A DNA stretch of 64,000 nt from an uncultured Burkholderiaceae bacterium (GCA_964476625.1 CAYZBJ010000003.1:26802-90801); one strand, 5' to 3'. Positions 27,749 to 37,051 are shown, numbered from the stretch's first letter. Numbers and translations are program-made. Notes: generated by a model not told the origin, from the sequence alone.

Positions 27749-29890
27749 ATGAACGACCGTACCGATCCCGCCCTGCTCGAAGCAGGTGACCTCGCCCTGC
27801 CCGCGCCCGCCGCCGCATCCTGGCTGGCCACCCTCAATCCGGCCCAGCGCGAGGCAGCGGGCTGGGGTGGGCCGGGCGCCGATGGCCGGTTCCGCGCCGG
27901 CCCGCAACTCGTCATCGCCGGGGCCGGCACCGGCAAGACGGCCATGCTCGCGCACCGGGTTGCGCACCTCGTGGTCGCGGGCGTCGCCCCCGAGCGCATC
28001 GCGTTGCTCACCTTTTCACGGCGCGCGGCGCAGGAGATGATCCGCCGGGCCGAATCCCTGGTCGGCAAGGCGCTTGCCGAACGCGCCGGCGGCCAGGGTC
28101 GCATCGCGATCCGCCTGCCCTGGGCGGGCACTTTCCACGCCATCGGCGCGCGCCTGCTGCGCGAACACGCCGCGCGAATCGGGCTCGACCCCGCCTTCGG
28201 CATCCTCGACCGGAGCGATGCCGCCGACCTGCTCGACCAGGTCCGCCATGAACAGGAGCTGTCCTCGCAGCGGCGCCGTTTCCCCCGCAAGGAGACCTGC
28301 CTGGGCATCTACTCGTTCGCGGTCAATACCGGCTGGCCGCTCGAGCGAGTCCTGCAGGAGAACTTTCCCTGGTGCCTCGAATGGGCCGGGGAGCTCCGTG
28401 GCCTGTTTCGCGGCTATGTCGAGCGCAAGCTGGAACACGGCGTACTCGACTACGACGACCTGCTGCTCTGGTGGGACGCCGCCCTGGCCGACCGGGCGCT
28501 GGCCGAGGAGATCGGCGAGCGCTTCGACCATGTCCTGGTCGACGAGTACCAGGACACCAATGCGCTGCAGGCGCGCATCCTGCTCGCCATGAAACCCGAC
28601 GGCGAAGGCCTCACCGTGGTCGGCGACGATGCCCAGTCCATCTACGCTTTCCGCGCCGCCGAGGTCGACAACATCCTCGGCTTCCCAGCCTGCTTCGACC
28701 CGCCGGCGCGGCAGGTCACGCTCACCACGAACTACCGCTCGCGCCAGCCGATCCTCGACCTCGCCAACACACTGATCGCCGAAGGCGAACGCCAGTATCC
28801 GCGCAGCCTGCAGGCGCATCGCGGCGGCGCCGCGGCGATGCCGCGGCTGGTCACCGTGCTCGACGACCGGGCGCAGAGCGACTGGCTGATCGACGAGGTC
28901 CTGCGCCAGCGCGAAGCGGGGGTCGACCTGCGCCGGCAGGCTGTGCTGTTTCGCACCGCCTGGCACAGCGACGCACTCGAGATCGAGCTGGTGCGGCGCA
29001 ACGTCCCCTTCGTGAAGTACGGCGGCCTGAAGTTCCTCGAATCAGCCCACGTCAAGGACCTGCTCGCCGTCATGCGCTGGGCCGACAACCCGCGCAACGG
29101 CATCGCCGCCTTCCGCACCCTGCAACTGCTGCCGGGCATCGGCCCGGCCCATGCGCAAAGGCTCTTCGAGCAGGTCGCCGGCAATGCCGGGCGCTTCGAC
29201 ACGCTCGCCGACGCCGATGCGCCGGCCGCCGCCGGCGATGCCTGGCCCGCCCTGGTCGACCTGCTACACCGCCTGGCCGCGCCGGACGCTGCCTGGCCGG
29301 CGCAGGTCGAGCCCGTGCGCCGCTGGTACCAGCCCCTGCTGGAAGCGCGCTTCGACGATGCCGCCGTACGCGCTGCCGACCTCGACATGCTGGTCGCCGT
29401 GGCCGGCCAGTTCGACTCCCGCGAACGCTTCCTCACCGAACTCACCCTCGACCCGCCGCAGGCGAGCGGCGACCTCGCCGGCGACCCGCTGCTCGACGAG
29501 GACTTCCTCGTCCTCTCGACGGTGCATTCGGCCAAGGGCCGCGAATGGGACGGCGTCTACCTGATCAACGTCGCCGACGGCAGCTTTCCCAATGAGTACG
29601 CCACCGGCGACGCCGCCGCCATCGAGGAGGAGCGCCGGCTGCTCTATGTCGGCATCACCCGGGCGCGCGACAGCCTGTGCCTGGTCGAGCCGCTGCGCTA
29701 TCGCACCACCCAGCAGCCGCGCCTCGGCGGCGACTACGTCCATGGCGCGCGCAGCCGCTTCCTGACGCCGGCGGTGCTGGCCAGGCTCGACGCCACGCCG
29801 CTGGCCTCGCGCGCCGACGCCGGCCCGGTGCCGCGGGCGCGCGGCGGCCCGGCCGTCGATGTCGCGGCGCGACTGCGGGCGCGCTGGTGA
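27749..29890 (+). CDS. UvrD/Rep/PcrA-family SF1 DNA helicase
   Basis: Motifs are LNPAQREAA, Walker A AGAGTGKT, motif II VDEYQDTN, TNYRS, VHSAKGREWD and YVGITRAR. Confidence 0.9.
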   Translation: MNDRTDPALLEAGDLALPAPAAASWLATLNPAQREAAGWGGPGADGRFRAGPQLVIAGAGTGKTAMLAHRVAHLVVAGVAPERIALLTFSRRAAQEMIRRAESLVGKALAERAGGQGRIAIRLPWAGTFHAIGARLLREHAARIGLDPAFGILDRSDAADLLDQVRHEQELSSQRRRFPRKETCLGIYSFAVNTGWPLERVLQENFPWCLEWAGELRGLFRGYVERKLEHGVLDYDDLLLWWDAALADRALAEEIGERFDHVLVDEYQDTNALQARILLAMKPDGEGLTVVGDDAQSIYAFRAAEVDNILGFPACFDPPARQVTLTTNYRSRQPILDLANTLIAEGERQYPRSLQAHRGGAAAMPRLVTVLDDRAQSDWLIDEVLRQREAGVDLRRQAVLFRTAWHSDALEIELVRRNVPFVKYGGLKFLESAHVKDLLAVMRWADNPRNGIAAFRTLQLLPGIGPAHAQRLFEQVAGNAGRFDTLADADAPAAAGDAWPALVDLLHRLAAPDAAWPAQVEPVRRWYQPLLEARFDDAAVRAADLDMLVAVAGQFDSRERFLTELTLDPPQASGDLAGDPLLDEDFLVLSTVHSAKGREWDGVYLINVADGSFPNEYATGDAAAIEEERRLLYVGITRARDSLCLVEPLRYRTTQQPRLGGDYVHGARSRFLTPAVLARLDATPLASRADAGPVPRARGGPAVDVAARLRARW

Positions 29891-30388
29891 GGCGTCGCGG
29901 CAGGCAAGCGATCGCAGGCTCCATTCAGGGGCGCCGCGGCAAACATCCGTCGTCGCCTGCGGTTTTCCGGAGGCGCCGCGCCAGGCGACCGTCGTCGTGG
30001 CTCATACCGGGGCGGTCGGCTGCGCCGACTGCACTGCGGTGCTCGGTCGCGAGGCGCGCGCAGAACTCGCTGCGCGCTCCTTCGGCGCGCTACGCTCGGA
30101 CAGGCTGCGCGAGTCGGAAGTGGAAGCGGCCATGCTACGCATGACCGCCGCCCCGCGCCCTGCGCGCCTCGCCGCCCCGGAAATCGCCCCGCCGCCGGCC
30201 ACCTGCCGCGGCGTTGAGACGTTCCGGGACTTCGCCGCAGATTGCCTGCGCCACGACAAAGGCGACTGCGGCCGCGGCGCGCAGCGACTGGTGTGGCGCC
30301 GAGAAGCGCAGCGAGACTGACGCGCGCCGACAGGCGCGGGGCTGGCTCGCGAGCATCGCAGGACGACGGCGAAGCCGGCCGCCACACT

Positions 30389-30529
30389 GGAGCGTAGCGA
30401 CGTGGTCGCAGGCGCCTTTGAAACGGACAAGCGTCGGAGCGGCGCGACGTGGTCGCAGGCGACTTTGCCACGGAAAAGCGTCGGAGCGGCGCGACGTGGT
30501 CGCAGGCGACCTTGACACGAACCGCCCGG
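30389..30529. repeat. 3 x 47-bp tandem direct repeat, each unit containing the palindrome GCGAC-GTG-GTCGC
   Basis: Units occupy 30389-30435, 30436-30482 and 30483-30529. The first 28 nt of each are nearly identical (GGAGCG(G/T)(C/A)GCGACGTGGTCGCAGGCG(A/C)C) and the remaining 19 nt are similar. A period of 47 is not a multiple of 3. Confidence 0.85.
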
Positions 30530-30557
30530 AAGGCGCGAGAAGAGGCGCCGCAGGCGG

Positions 30558-31109
30558 TTACGCCGAAGCCGCCCGCCGGCGCGCCAGCGCCCCGATCACG
30601 ATCGCCGCGAGCAGCGACATCCACAGCTTGCCGACCACCTGCCCCGGCAGGTAGGCGAACGAGCCGAACGCGATGCCGAGGAACAGCGCACTGTCGACGA
30701 TGGCGCCGGCCACCCCCGACGCCAGGATCGCGCCGGCGGGATAGCGACGGCGCAGTGGCGCGTAGACCGCGAAGTCGGCGAGCTCGGACACCAGGAAGGC
30801 GGCGCCGGAGGCGACCACCAGGGCCGGGGGCGCAAGCAGGGTCGACAGGGCGGTGCCCGCGAGAATCGCGGCCAGCGCCCAGCGGGCGCCGAGGCTGGCG
30901 TGGATCGCATCGCGCAGCACCAGGGCGAGCCCGATGACGAGCACGCCGCTGGGCGCCATCAGCCCGGGCGCGACCGGCACCAGGCAGGGGCCGTCGGGGA
31001 CACAGGTCGTGCCGACATGCTGGATCAGCCAGTTGGCCGCGGGAATCGTCGCGATGAAAGCCGCGAGCCACAGGAAGCGCAGTGGCCGGGTCGCCGGTTC
31101 GATGTTCAT
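30558..31109 (-). CDS. VUT-family (YhhQ/DUF165) queuosine-precursor transporter
   Basis: 183-aa multi-TM protein sitting 33 nt downstream of queC on the same strand, a known functional association. Confidence 0.7.
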   Translation of the reverse strand: MNIEPATRPLRFLWLAAFIATIPAANWLIQHVGTTCVPDGPCLVPVAPGLMAPSGVLVIGLALVLRDAIHASLGARWALAAILAGTALSTLLAPPALVVASGAAFLVSELADFAVYAPLRRRYPAGAILASGVAGAIVDSALFLGIAFGSFAYLPGQVVGKLWMSLLAAIVIGALARRRAASA

Positions 31110-31142
31110 GACGGGTTCGAGTATTCGGGGGGAAGAAGGCGT

Positions 31143-31880
31143 TCAGGAATGGCCGGGCGCATCGCCCTGGCCGGGGGCGCGGAATGCGCGCCAGCCGGCG
31201 GCGCGCAGTTCGCAGGCGGGACAGGCGCCGCAACCGTAGCCCCATTCATGGCGATGCTCGCGATCGCCGAGGTAGCAGGTATGGGTCGACTCGACGACCA
31301 GCTCGAGCAGCCGCTCGCCACCGAGGCCACGGGCGAGTTCCCAGGTCGCGGCCTTGTCGATCCACATCAGCGGCGTCTCGATCCGCAGCCGCGTATCCAT
31401 GCCGAGGTTGAGTGCGACCTGCATCGCCTTGACGGTATCGTCGCGGCAATCCGGGTAGCCCGAGAAATCGGTCTCGCAGACCCCCGTGACCAGGACGCCG
31501 AGCCCGCGGCGATAGGCGATCGCCGCCGCCAGTGTCAGGAACATGAGGTTGCGGCCCGGCACGAAGGTGTCGGGCAACCCGGCCTCGCCCATCGCGATCG
31601 CACGGTCGCGGGTCAGGGAGGTATCGCTGATCTCGCCCAGCACCGAGAGATCGAGCAGGTGGTCCGCGCCGAGGCGCGCCGCCCATTGCGGGAAGCCTGC
31701 CGCGATCGCCTGGCGCAGGGGTTCGCGGCGCTCGAGCTCGACCGCATGACGCTGGCCGTAGGCGAAGCCGACCGTCTCGACGTGGGCGAAGCCGGCCAGC
31801 GCCCAGGCGAGACAGGTCGTCGAGTCCTGCCCCCCGGAGAACAGCACCAGGGCGCCGGCGGATGGGTCGTGATCGCGCAT
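31143..31880 (-). CDS. queC: 7-cyano-7-deazaguanine synthase
   Basis: ATG 31880 (MRDHD) within track ORF 31143-32690. It has the PP-loop [10 protein letters not shown] and the C-terminal zinc cluster C.LG......[11 protein letters not shown]. Confidence 0.9.
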   Translation of the reverse strand: MRDHDPSAGALVLFSGGQDSTTCLAWALAGFAHVETVGFAYGQRHAVELERREPLRQAIAAGFPQWAARLGADHLLDLSVLGEISDTSLTRDRAIAMGEAGLPDTFVPGRNLMFLTLAAAIAYRRGLGVLVTGVCETDFSGYPDCRDDTVKAMQVALNLGMDTRLRIETPLMWIDKAATWELARGLGGERLLELVVESTHTCYLGDREHRHEWGYGCGACPACELRAAGWRAFRAPGQGDAPGHS

Positions 31881-31983
31881 GCGCGTATTGTGCCTCGTCG
31901 CCGCAGCGGCGCTGCCGCGGCGAACGGGCCGGCGGCCGGCACGCGAGGCCGGAAATCTCAATGCTGCGCTGCACAATTTGTAC

Positions 31984-32012
31984 TTGACAACACTGGCCGA
32001 TAGGTTCACAAT
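31984..32012 (+). promoter_or_regulatory. Candidate sigma70 promoter of the phasin gene, flanked by TGC-rich inverted repeats
   Basis: TTGACA at 31984-31989, a 17-nt spacer and CACAAT at 32007-32012. CTGCACAAT (31969-31977) and ATTGTGCAA (32016-32024) form an inverted repeat bracketing it. Confidence 0.4.
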
Positions 32013-32114
32013 TCGATTGTGCAATGCAGCAATTCCCATTGGGGTCTTGCGAACACATCCCGGGCGTCGAGTCGCATCCAGCGGCATTAGCGCCCCACAC
32101 ACGGAGCCAATGCC

Positions 32115-32645
32115 ATGACCAAGCCCACCGAACAGTTCGCCAAGATGCAGGCCGACCAGGCCCGCAACCTCGGCACCGCAGCCACCCGCACCCTGGAAGG
32201 CTTCCAGAAGCTGGCCGAACTGAACCTCCAGACCGCGCGCGCCTCGATGGAAGCGAGCGGCGAACAGATCCGCGAACTGCTGGCCGCGCGTGACGTCAAG
32301 ACCCTGACCGAGCTGGTGACCAGCTACAGCAAGCCCCAACCGGACGCCTTCAAGGCCTACGCCCAGGCCGTCTACGCGATCTCGCGCGAAACCGGCAGCG
32401 AACTGGCCAGCATCGTCGAGGAGCAGGTCGCCGAAAGCCAGCGCCAGCTCTACTCGGCCGTCGAGGAACTCGCCGCCAAGGCGCCCGCCGGCAGCGAAGG
32501 CGCGGTCGCCTTCACCCGCCAGGTGCTGGCCGCGTCGAGCACCGCCTACGAGCAGCTGAACAAGGCGGCCCGCCAATTCACCCAGATGGCCGATTCGACG
32601 GTCAGCGGCGAAGCCCAGGGCGCCCGGCCGACCCGTCGCAAATAA
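32115..32645 (+). CDS. phaP: Phasin-family (PHA granule-associated) protein
   Basis: 176-aa Ala/Gln/Glu-rich helical protein with an ACGGAG SD. The N-terminal [14 protein letters not shown]...[14 protein letters not shown] resembles proteobacterial phasins. Confidence 0.75.
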   Translation: MTKPTEQFAKMQADQARNLGTAATRTLEGFQKLAELNLQTARASMEASGEQIRELLAARDVKTLTELVTSYSKPQPDAFKAYAQAVYAISRETGSELASIVEEQVAESQRQLYSAVEELAAKAPAGSEGAVAFTRQVLAASSTAYEQLNKAARQFTQMADSTVSGEAQGARPTRRK

Positions 32646-32718
32646 GCCGCGGACCGCAGGGCACGCCCCTGCAGGACGCCGCCAGGGCATCGAACACGCG
32701 TCGGCACACGCCGGCGCG

Positions 32719-32779
32719 GGAAAATGGGGTCAGACACCATTTTCCCGTTTGGGGAAATGGTGTCTGACCCCATTTTCCT
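32719..32779. repeat. Palindromic REP-like element, copy 2
   Basis: GGGAAAATGGGGTCAGACACCATTTTCCC gtttg GGGAAATGGTGTCTGACCCCATTTTCC has roughly 27-nt arms. It lies between the convergent phasin and TerB genes and shares its core with 20208-20263. Confidence 0.8.
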
Positions 32780-32791
32780 CCAGGGGGCCCT

Positions 32792-33256
32792 TCACGGGTT
32801 CCCGGCTTCGCGGGCGCGGCGCTGGGCAGCGACGTAGTCGCCGTGGGCGATGTGCAGCAGGTCGGCGATACGGCGCATGAGGTGCCGCTCGTGCGCGCTG
32901 ATCTCGCCATCGGCGTACGCCACCTGCCACATCATCTCGATCACGCGCACCTTCTGTGGCGCGTCGTAGTGCCGGTTCACCAGCGAGGTGAACTGGAAGT
33001 AGTCGTTGGCCTGGCGCGACTGCTCGTCGGCGAGCGCGAGCAGTTCGATCGCCTCGACTTCCGACAGGCCGCCATGCTGGCGCAAGGCCGCCAGCACCCG
33101 CTCGCGCTCGCGCTCGTCGAGCACGGCGTCGATCCGCATCGTCTCGACCAGCAAGGCCGCGGTGGCCAGCAACAGGCGGCGCTCGTCGGTCGCGCTCGAC
33201 GCGGAGGCATCGGGCGCGAGCTGCTGGTGGAAGAATCGTGCGATGGCCTCGATCAT
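32792..33256 (-). CDS. TerB-family (tellurite-resistance TerB / DjlA-N-like) protein
   Basis: 154-aa all-helical acidic protein with the TerB-like repeats D....ERERV and ADGEISAHERHLMRRIADLL. Its ATG overlaps the helicase TGA (ATGA at 33253-33256). Confidence 0.7.
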   Translation of the reverse strand: MIEAIARFFHQQLAPDASASSATDERRLLLATAALLVETMRIDAVLDERERERVLAALRQHGGLSEVEAIELLALADEQSRQANDYFQFTSLVNRHYDAPQKVRVIEMMWQVAYADGEISAHERHLMRRIADLLHIAHGDYVAAQRRAREAGNP

Positions 33257-34974
33257 GCCGGTGTGCTCCCTGCGGGTTGGCGCGCGTCGGCCGCGCCCGG
33301 CAACGCGAGCTCCCGGGCTGCCCGCGTGGACAGCACGACGGTGAGCCGCATCGACGCGCGGGTCATGCCGACGAACAGCTTGCGCGCCGCGGCCGCATCG
33401 AAGCTCTCGAAGTCGACCTCGGTGAGGATCACGCAGGGCGCGCTCTGACCCTTGAAACGATAGACCGAATCGATCAGCAGATCACCCTCCCGATATTCGG
33501 GATTGCCGAAAATATCGTAACGACCTGCAAATGCCTGCAGGCGATGGGGGCCGAGTGTTCCCGCGCCGAGCAGTTGCGAGCGGCTGCGGCCGGCCCAGGT
33601 GACGAGGACGATGTCCTGCTTGCGAAATCCGGCCCGCAACGCGCCCGTGATCGCGCGCTTGGTGGCATCGAGCATGCCGTCGGCATCCTCGTAGCAGAGG
33701 TACTCGACCTCGGCGCCGTCGACCGGGCTCTCGGCCTGCAGGCCCGGCACCGCGTCCTCGCCGAGCAGCTCGCGCAGGGCGCGCACGACGCTGCGCGGAC
33801 TGCGGTAGTTGGCCGGCGCGCGCATCACCGTCCAGCCCTCGGCCTCGAAGGGCTCGCGGCCATACAGGTTCTGCATCGGGTCCTCGAGCCAGTAGACCCG
33901 CGCCTCGTCGCGATCGCCGACCAGGCGAAACAGGTCTTCGCGCCAGCTCGCGGCGAAGTCCTGGCCTTCGTCGACGACCAGGTCGTCGACCATCTCGCGC
34001 GCATCGATGGGCAGCGCCGCCGCCTCGCGCTCCATCCGGGCGAAGCTGTCGGCCCCGCCGAATTCGACCGCATGACCGGCATTGCGCAGGCGGCGCTCGC
34101 ACCACTGGTGATAGGTGAACACCCGGGACGGATCCGGCGCGATCTCGCGCAGGTGGTCGGCCAGCGGCCGGTTGAAGCAGACATAGAGCGCCCGCCGCTC
34201 GTCGCGGGCGGCATCCTCGAGCAGGGCCAGGGCGAGCTGGGTCTTGCCGCTGCCGGCGGTGCCCACCACCCGCAGGCGCAGCGCCCGCGCCTCGAGCCGG
34301 CGCGCCCAGGTCGCCAGCCCGCCCGACAGGCGGGTGACGAGGGCCTCGGCGCGCGAAAGCAGCGCGCTCACGTCGGGCACCAGTTCGAGCTCGTTGGCGA
34401 AGAAGCGCCGCAGGCGCGCCACCAGCTCGGGGCGCTCGGGCTCGGCCAGCGGCAGTTCGCCGGGTTCGTCGCGGCGCCCGAGTTGGAGCAGCTCGCGCAC
34501 CCGCCTGGCGACCCCGTCGCTGGCGCGCGAATCGACGATCTGGGCCGGATCGAGGCCAGCGCTGCCCGGCTCGCGCACGGCGTAGTCGGGGCAGTAGAGC
34601 AGGTAGTCGATCGCCGGCAGCTCGCCGCCGGTGACCGGCGCGAGGCGCTTGCGCAGGGCATCGAGCGTGCGGTCGAGCTCGAGCCGGATGTTGCGACGGC
34701 CGCCCACGTGCCGCTTGAACAGGCCTTCGGCGGTCTCGTCGAGGAACCCGGTCTTCTGCTCGACCAGCAGCAGCCGCCCCGAGGGTGCGATGACGACGAA
34801 GTCGATCTCGCCGATCGCGGCGAAGCCGCGCTCGACCCGGGTCCAGTGCACCCCATGGAAGACCGTCACCGAATCGGGCAGCCCGGCCTCGAGCCGCCCG
34901 AGCGTCTCGAGCTCGCGCGCCGCCGCCCCGGTCGCCTCGACCGCCCGCCAGTCGCTCGGCAGAATCCTGGCCAT
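33253..34974 (-). CDS. NERD (PD-(D/E)xK-like nuclease) domain fused to a compact SF1 helicase/ATPase
   Basis: The N-terminus has GEIDFVVIAPSGRLLLVEQK (D...ExK). The helicase part has Walker A VVGTAGSGKT, Walker B/motif II LVVDEGQDF, then ANYRSP, VYRFKGQSAPCVIL and FVGMTRAS. Confidence 0.75.
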   Translation of the reverse strand: MARILPSDWRAVEATGAAARELETLGRLEAGLPDSVTVFHGVHWTRVERGFAAIGEIDFVVIAPSGRLLLVEQKTGFLDETAEGLFKRHVGGRRNIRLELDRTLDALRKRLAPVTGGELPAIDYLLYCPDYAVREPGSAGLDPAQIVDSRASDGVARRVRELLQLGRRDEPGELPLAEPERPELVARLRRFFANELELVPDVSALLSRAEALVTRLSGGLATWARRLEARALRLRVVGTAGSGKTQLALALLEDAARDERRALYVCFNRPLADHLREIAPDPSRVFTYHQWCERRLRNAGHAVEFGGADSFARMEREAAALPIDAREMVDDLVVDEGQDFAASWREDLFRLVGDRDEARVYWLEDPMQNLYGREPFEAEGWTVMRAPANYRSPRSVVRALRELLGEDAVPGLQAESPVDGAEVEYLCYEDADGMLDATKRAITGALRAGFRKQDIVLVTWAGRSRSQLLGAGTLGPHRLQAFAGRYDIFGNPEYREGDLLIDSVYRFKGQSAPCVILTEVDFESFDAAAARKLFVGMTRASMRLTVVLSTRAARELALPGAADARQPAGSTPA

Positions 34975-34975
34975 C

Positions 34976-35908
34976 TCAACGACCCGGCTGGCCGGCGCGC
35001 GCCTCGTGGCGCGCCACCGCAGCCACGGCGACGACGATCACCGCGCCGCCGACCAGGGCGGTCGACGCCGGCACGTTGCCGAACATCAGGAAGCCGAGCA
35101 TCGACGACCAGATCAGGTCGAGGAAGCGCACCGACTGCAAGGCGGAAATGTCGACCTTCTCCATGGCGCGGGTGATGCAGTAATGCGCGCTGCTGCCGAG
35201 GAGCCCGGCGAGCAGGAAGATCGCCCATTGTCGCAGGGTCGGCGGCTCCCAGACCGACAGGGCGAGCGGCAGGGAATAGATCGTCACCGTGAGGCCCTGC
35301 CAGACCACGATCACCGAACTGCGGTCGTAGCGGGTCAGCACCTTGGTGATCAGGAACGAGGCGGCGAAGGCGGGAGCCGCCGCGAGCATCACCAGGCTCC
35401 AGTAGCCACCGCCACCGACCCCGCCCAGGTGCGGCAGGAGCACCACCAGCACGCCGCCGAAGCCCACCAGGGTCGCCAGCCAGCGGGCGCGGGTGACCTT
35501 CTCGCCGAGAAAGAGCGCCGCGCCGATCAGGATGAACAGGGGAATGGTGAAGCCGATCGCGGTGGAGTCGGCCAGCGGCAGGTTGGGCAGCGCGAGGAAG
35601 AACAGCAGGGTGGCGATGGTGTGCGCCGCGCCGCGGATCCACTGGCCACGCATGTTGTTGGGCCAGAAGCTGCGCCAGCCGCCGCGCCGCATGCCGATCG
35701 CGATGACCGGCAGCATCACCACCAGGCCGAAGAACGCGCGCAGGAACTGCGCCTGCATCGAGTGCAACTCGAGCGCCATCAGTCGCATGACGGCGTTCAT
35801 CGTCTGCAACGCGATGCCACTGGCGATCGCCCAGAGCAGCGCGACGAGCAGGCGGGACGCCGGCAGGGCGCCTGGCGCCGGGATATTCCGGGTGGCAGGA
35901 TCGGACAC
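34976..35908 (-). CDS. EamA/DMT-family transporter
   Basis: About 10 TM segments in a duplicated EamA pattern. The start is a GTG at 35908 with no clear SD, so the start is uncertain. The stop lies 1 nt before the NERD-helicase ATG. Confidence 0.75.
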   Translation of the reverse strand: MSDPATRNIPAPGALPASRLLVALLWAIASGIALQTMNAVMRLMALELHSMQAQFLRAFFGLVVMLPVIAIGMRRGGWRSFWPNNMRGQWIRGAAHTIATLLFFLALPNLPLADSTAIGFTIPLFILIGAALFLGEKVTRARWLATLVGFGGVLVVLLPHLGGVGGGGYWSLVMLAAAPAFAASFLITKVLTRYDRSSVIVVWQGLTVTIYSLPLALSVWEPPTLRQWAIFLLAGLLGSSAHYCITRAMEKVDISALQSVRFLDLIWSSMLGFLMFGNVPASTALVGGAVIVVAVAAVARHEARAGQPGR

Positions 35909-36045
35909 CCGGCGAGTATATGCGGGCCTCGCGAATCGGGTCCGACGCGAGCGCAGCCGGGCCGTGGCGAGGCCGGACTGCGGAAGACGCGGTTTCCGCT
36001 GTCGCGACGCTCGTGTAATCTCAGCGCACTCCCGGAGCCCAATCG

Positions 36046-36996
36046 ATGACCCCCCTGCGCCCCCCTACCTCCAGCGGAATCCCCTGGTGGCCGATCGCCA
36101 TCGTCGTGGTGATCATCATCGCGCTGTTCGGCGCCTGGCGTGCAGGCCTGTTCGGCGACAACGGGGAGATCATCCCGAGCCATTCCGGCGCATCGCCCGG
36201 CACTGACGCGCCCGCCACGGCGCCGCCCGGGCCGCAGGCCGACGGCGGCGAGGCCCCCACCCCGATCCCGCCGGCGCCGGGCGTGCCGCCCGTCGATGCA
36301 TCGGCAGCGCCGCCCGCCGAACAGGAAGCCCGCGCGGCGGCCCGCAGCGGTCCGCGCTACCCGGTGCCGGACCTCGACGAACAGGCGCGGCGGCAGGCGC
36401 CCCTGCCCGAGCCGGGCATCGCGAGCGACCCGCCGCTCGCCGGCGCCCTGACGGCCTTCGGCGACCGCGGCACCCTCGCCGAGTTCTTCAACCTGCAGGA
36501 CATCGCCCGCCGTTTCGTGATCACCGTCGACAACCTGCCGCGCGAGATCGTGCCTTCCCAGCAAAGCGCGGTGCGACGCGTTCCGGGCCCGCTCACGGTC
36601 CAGCCGGTCGACGACGGCTTCGAGCTGCAGAACGCGAACGACCAGCGCTACCAGGCGTTCCTGCGCTTTGCCGAATCGATCGACCCGGGCACCGCGGCGC
36701 GACTCTACGTGCGCTTCTATCCGCTGCTGCAGTACGAGTACCAGCAACTGGGCTTCCCGGACGGCCATCTCAACGACCGGGTGATCGTCGCGATCGACAA
36801 CATGCTGGCGGCGCCCACGCCGCGCGGCCCGATCAGGCTGGTCCAGCCGAAGGTGCTCTACCGCTTCGCCGACCCGGCCCTCGAATCGCTCTCCGCGGGC
36901 CAGAAGATCATGGTCCGGATCGGGCCCGACAATGCCCGTCGGCTGCGCGCCGTCCTGCTGCGCCTGCGCGACGAACTCACGACCCTCGGCAAATGA
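36046..36996 (+). CDS. DUF3014-family membrane-anchored protein
   Basis: N-terminal TM anchor, a Pro/Ala-rich linker, then the conserved C-terminal block FVITVDNLPRE...YVRFYPLLQ.EY..LG. Confidence 0.6.
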   Translation: MTPLRPPTSSGIPWWPIAIVVVIIIALFGAWRAGLFGDNGEIIPSHSGASPGTDAPATAPPGPQADGGEAPTPIPPAPGVPPVDASAAPPAEQEARAAARSGPRYPVPDLDEQARRQAPLPEPGIASDPPLAGALTAFGDRGTLAEFFNLQDIARRFVITVDNLPREIVPSQQSAVRRVPGPLTVQPVDDGFELQNANDQRYQAFLRFAESIDPGTAARLYVRFYPLLQYEYQQLGFPDGHLNDRVIVAIDNMLAAPTPRGPIRLVQPKVLYRFADPALESLSAGQKIMVRIGPDNARRLRAVLLRLRDELTTLGK

Positions 36997-37051
36997 GAAC
37001 TGCGGACGAATCATCCGCGCCCACCGCCGAACCGACGATGAAGCCAACGCA

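Noticed and set aside
29859-30320. 153-aa plus-strand ORF in the helicase/VUT spacer
   Set aside because: Its start overlaps the helicase 3' end, its composition is Ala/Arg-rich and no motifs are visible. Only its last 62 codons (from ATG 30129) are kept as a weak possibility inside the spacer finding.
30389-30529. Possible CRISPR array
   Set aside because: There are only three units, and the would-be spacers (19 nt) are themselves similar between units and too short. The whole 47-bp unit is a tandem repeat, and no cas genes are present in the window.
31881-31990. preQ1 riboswitch upstream of queC
   Set aside because: The minus-strand leader is GC-rich. It lacks the small hairpin plus A-rich tail of preQ1-I and any motif I recognise from preQ1-II or preQ1-III.
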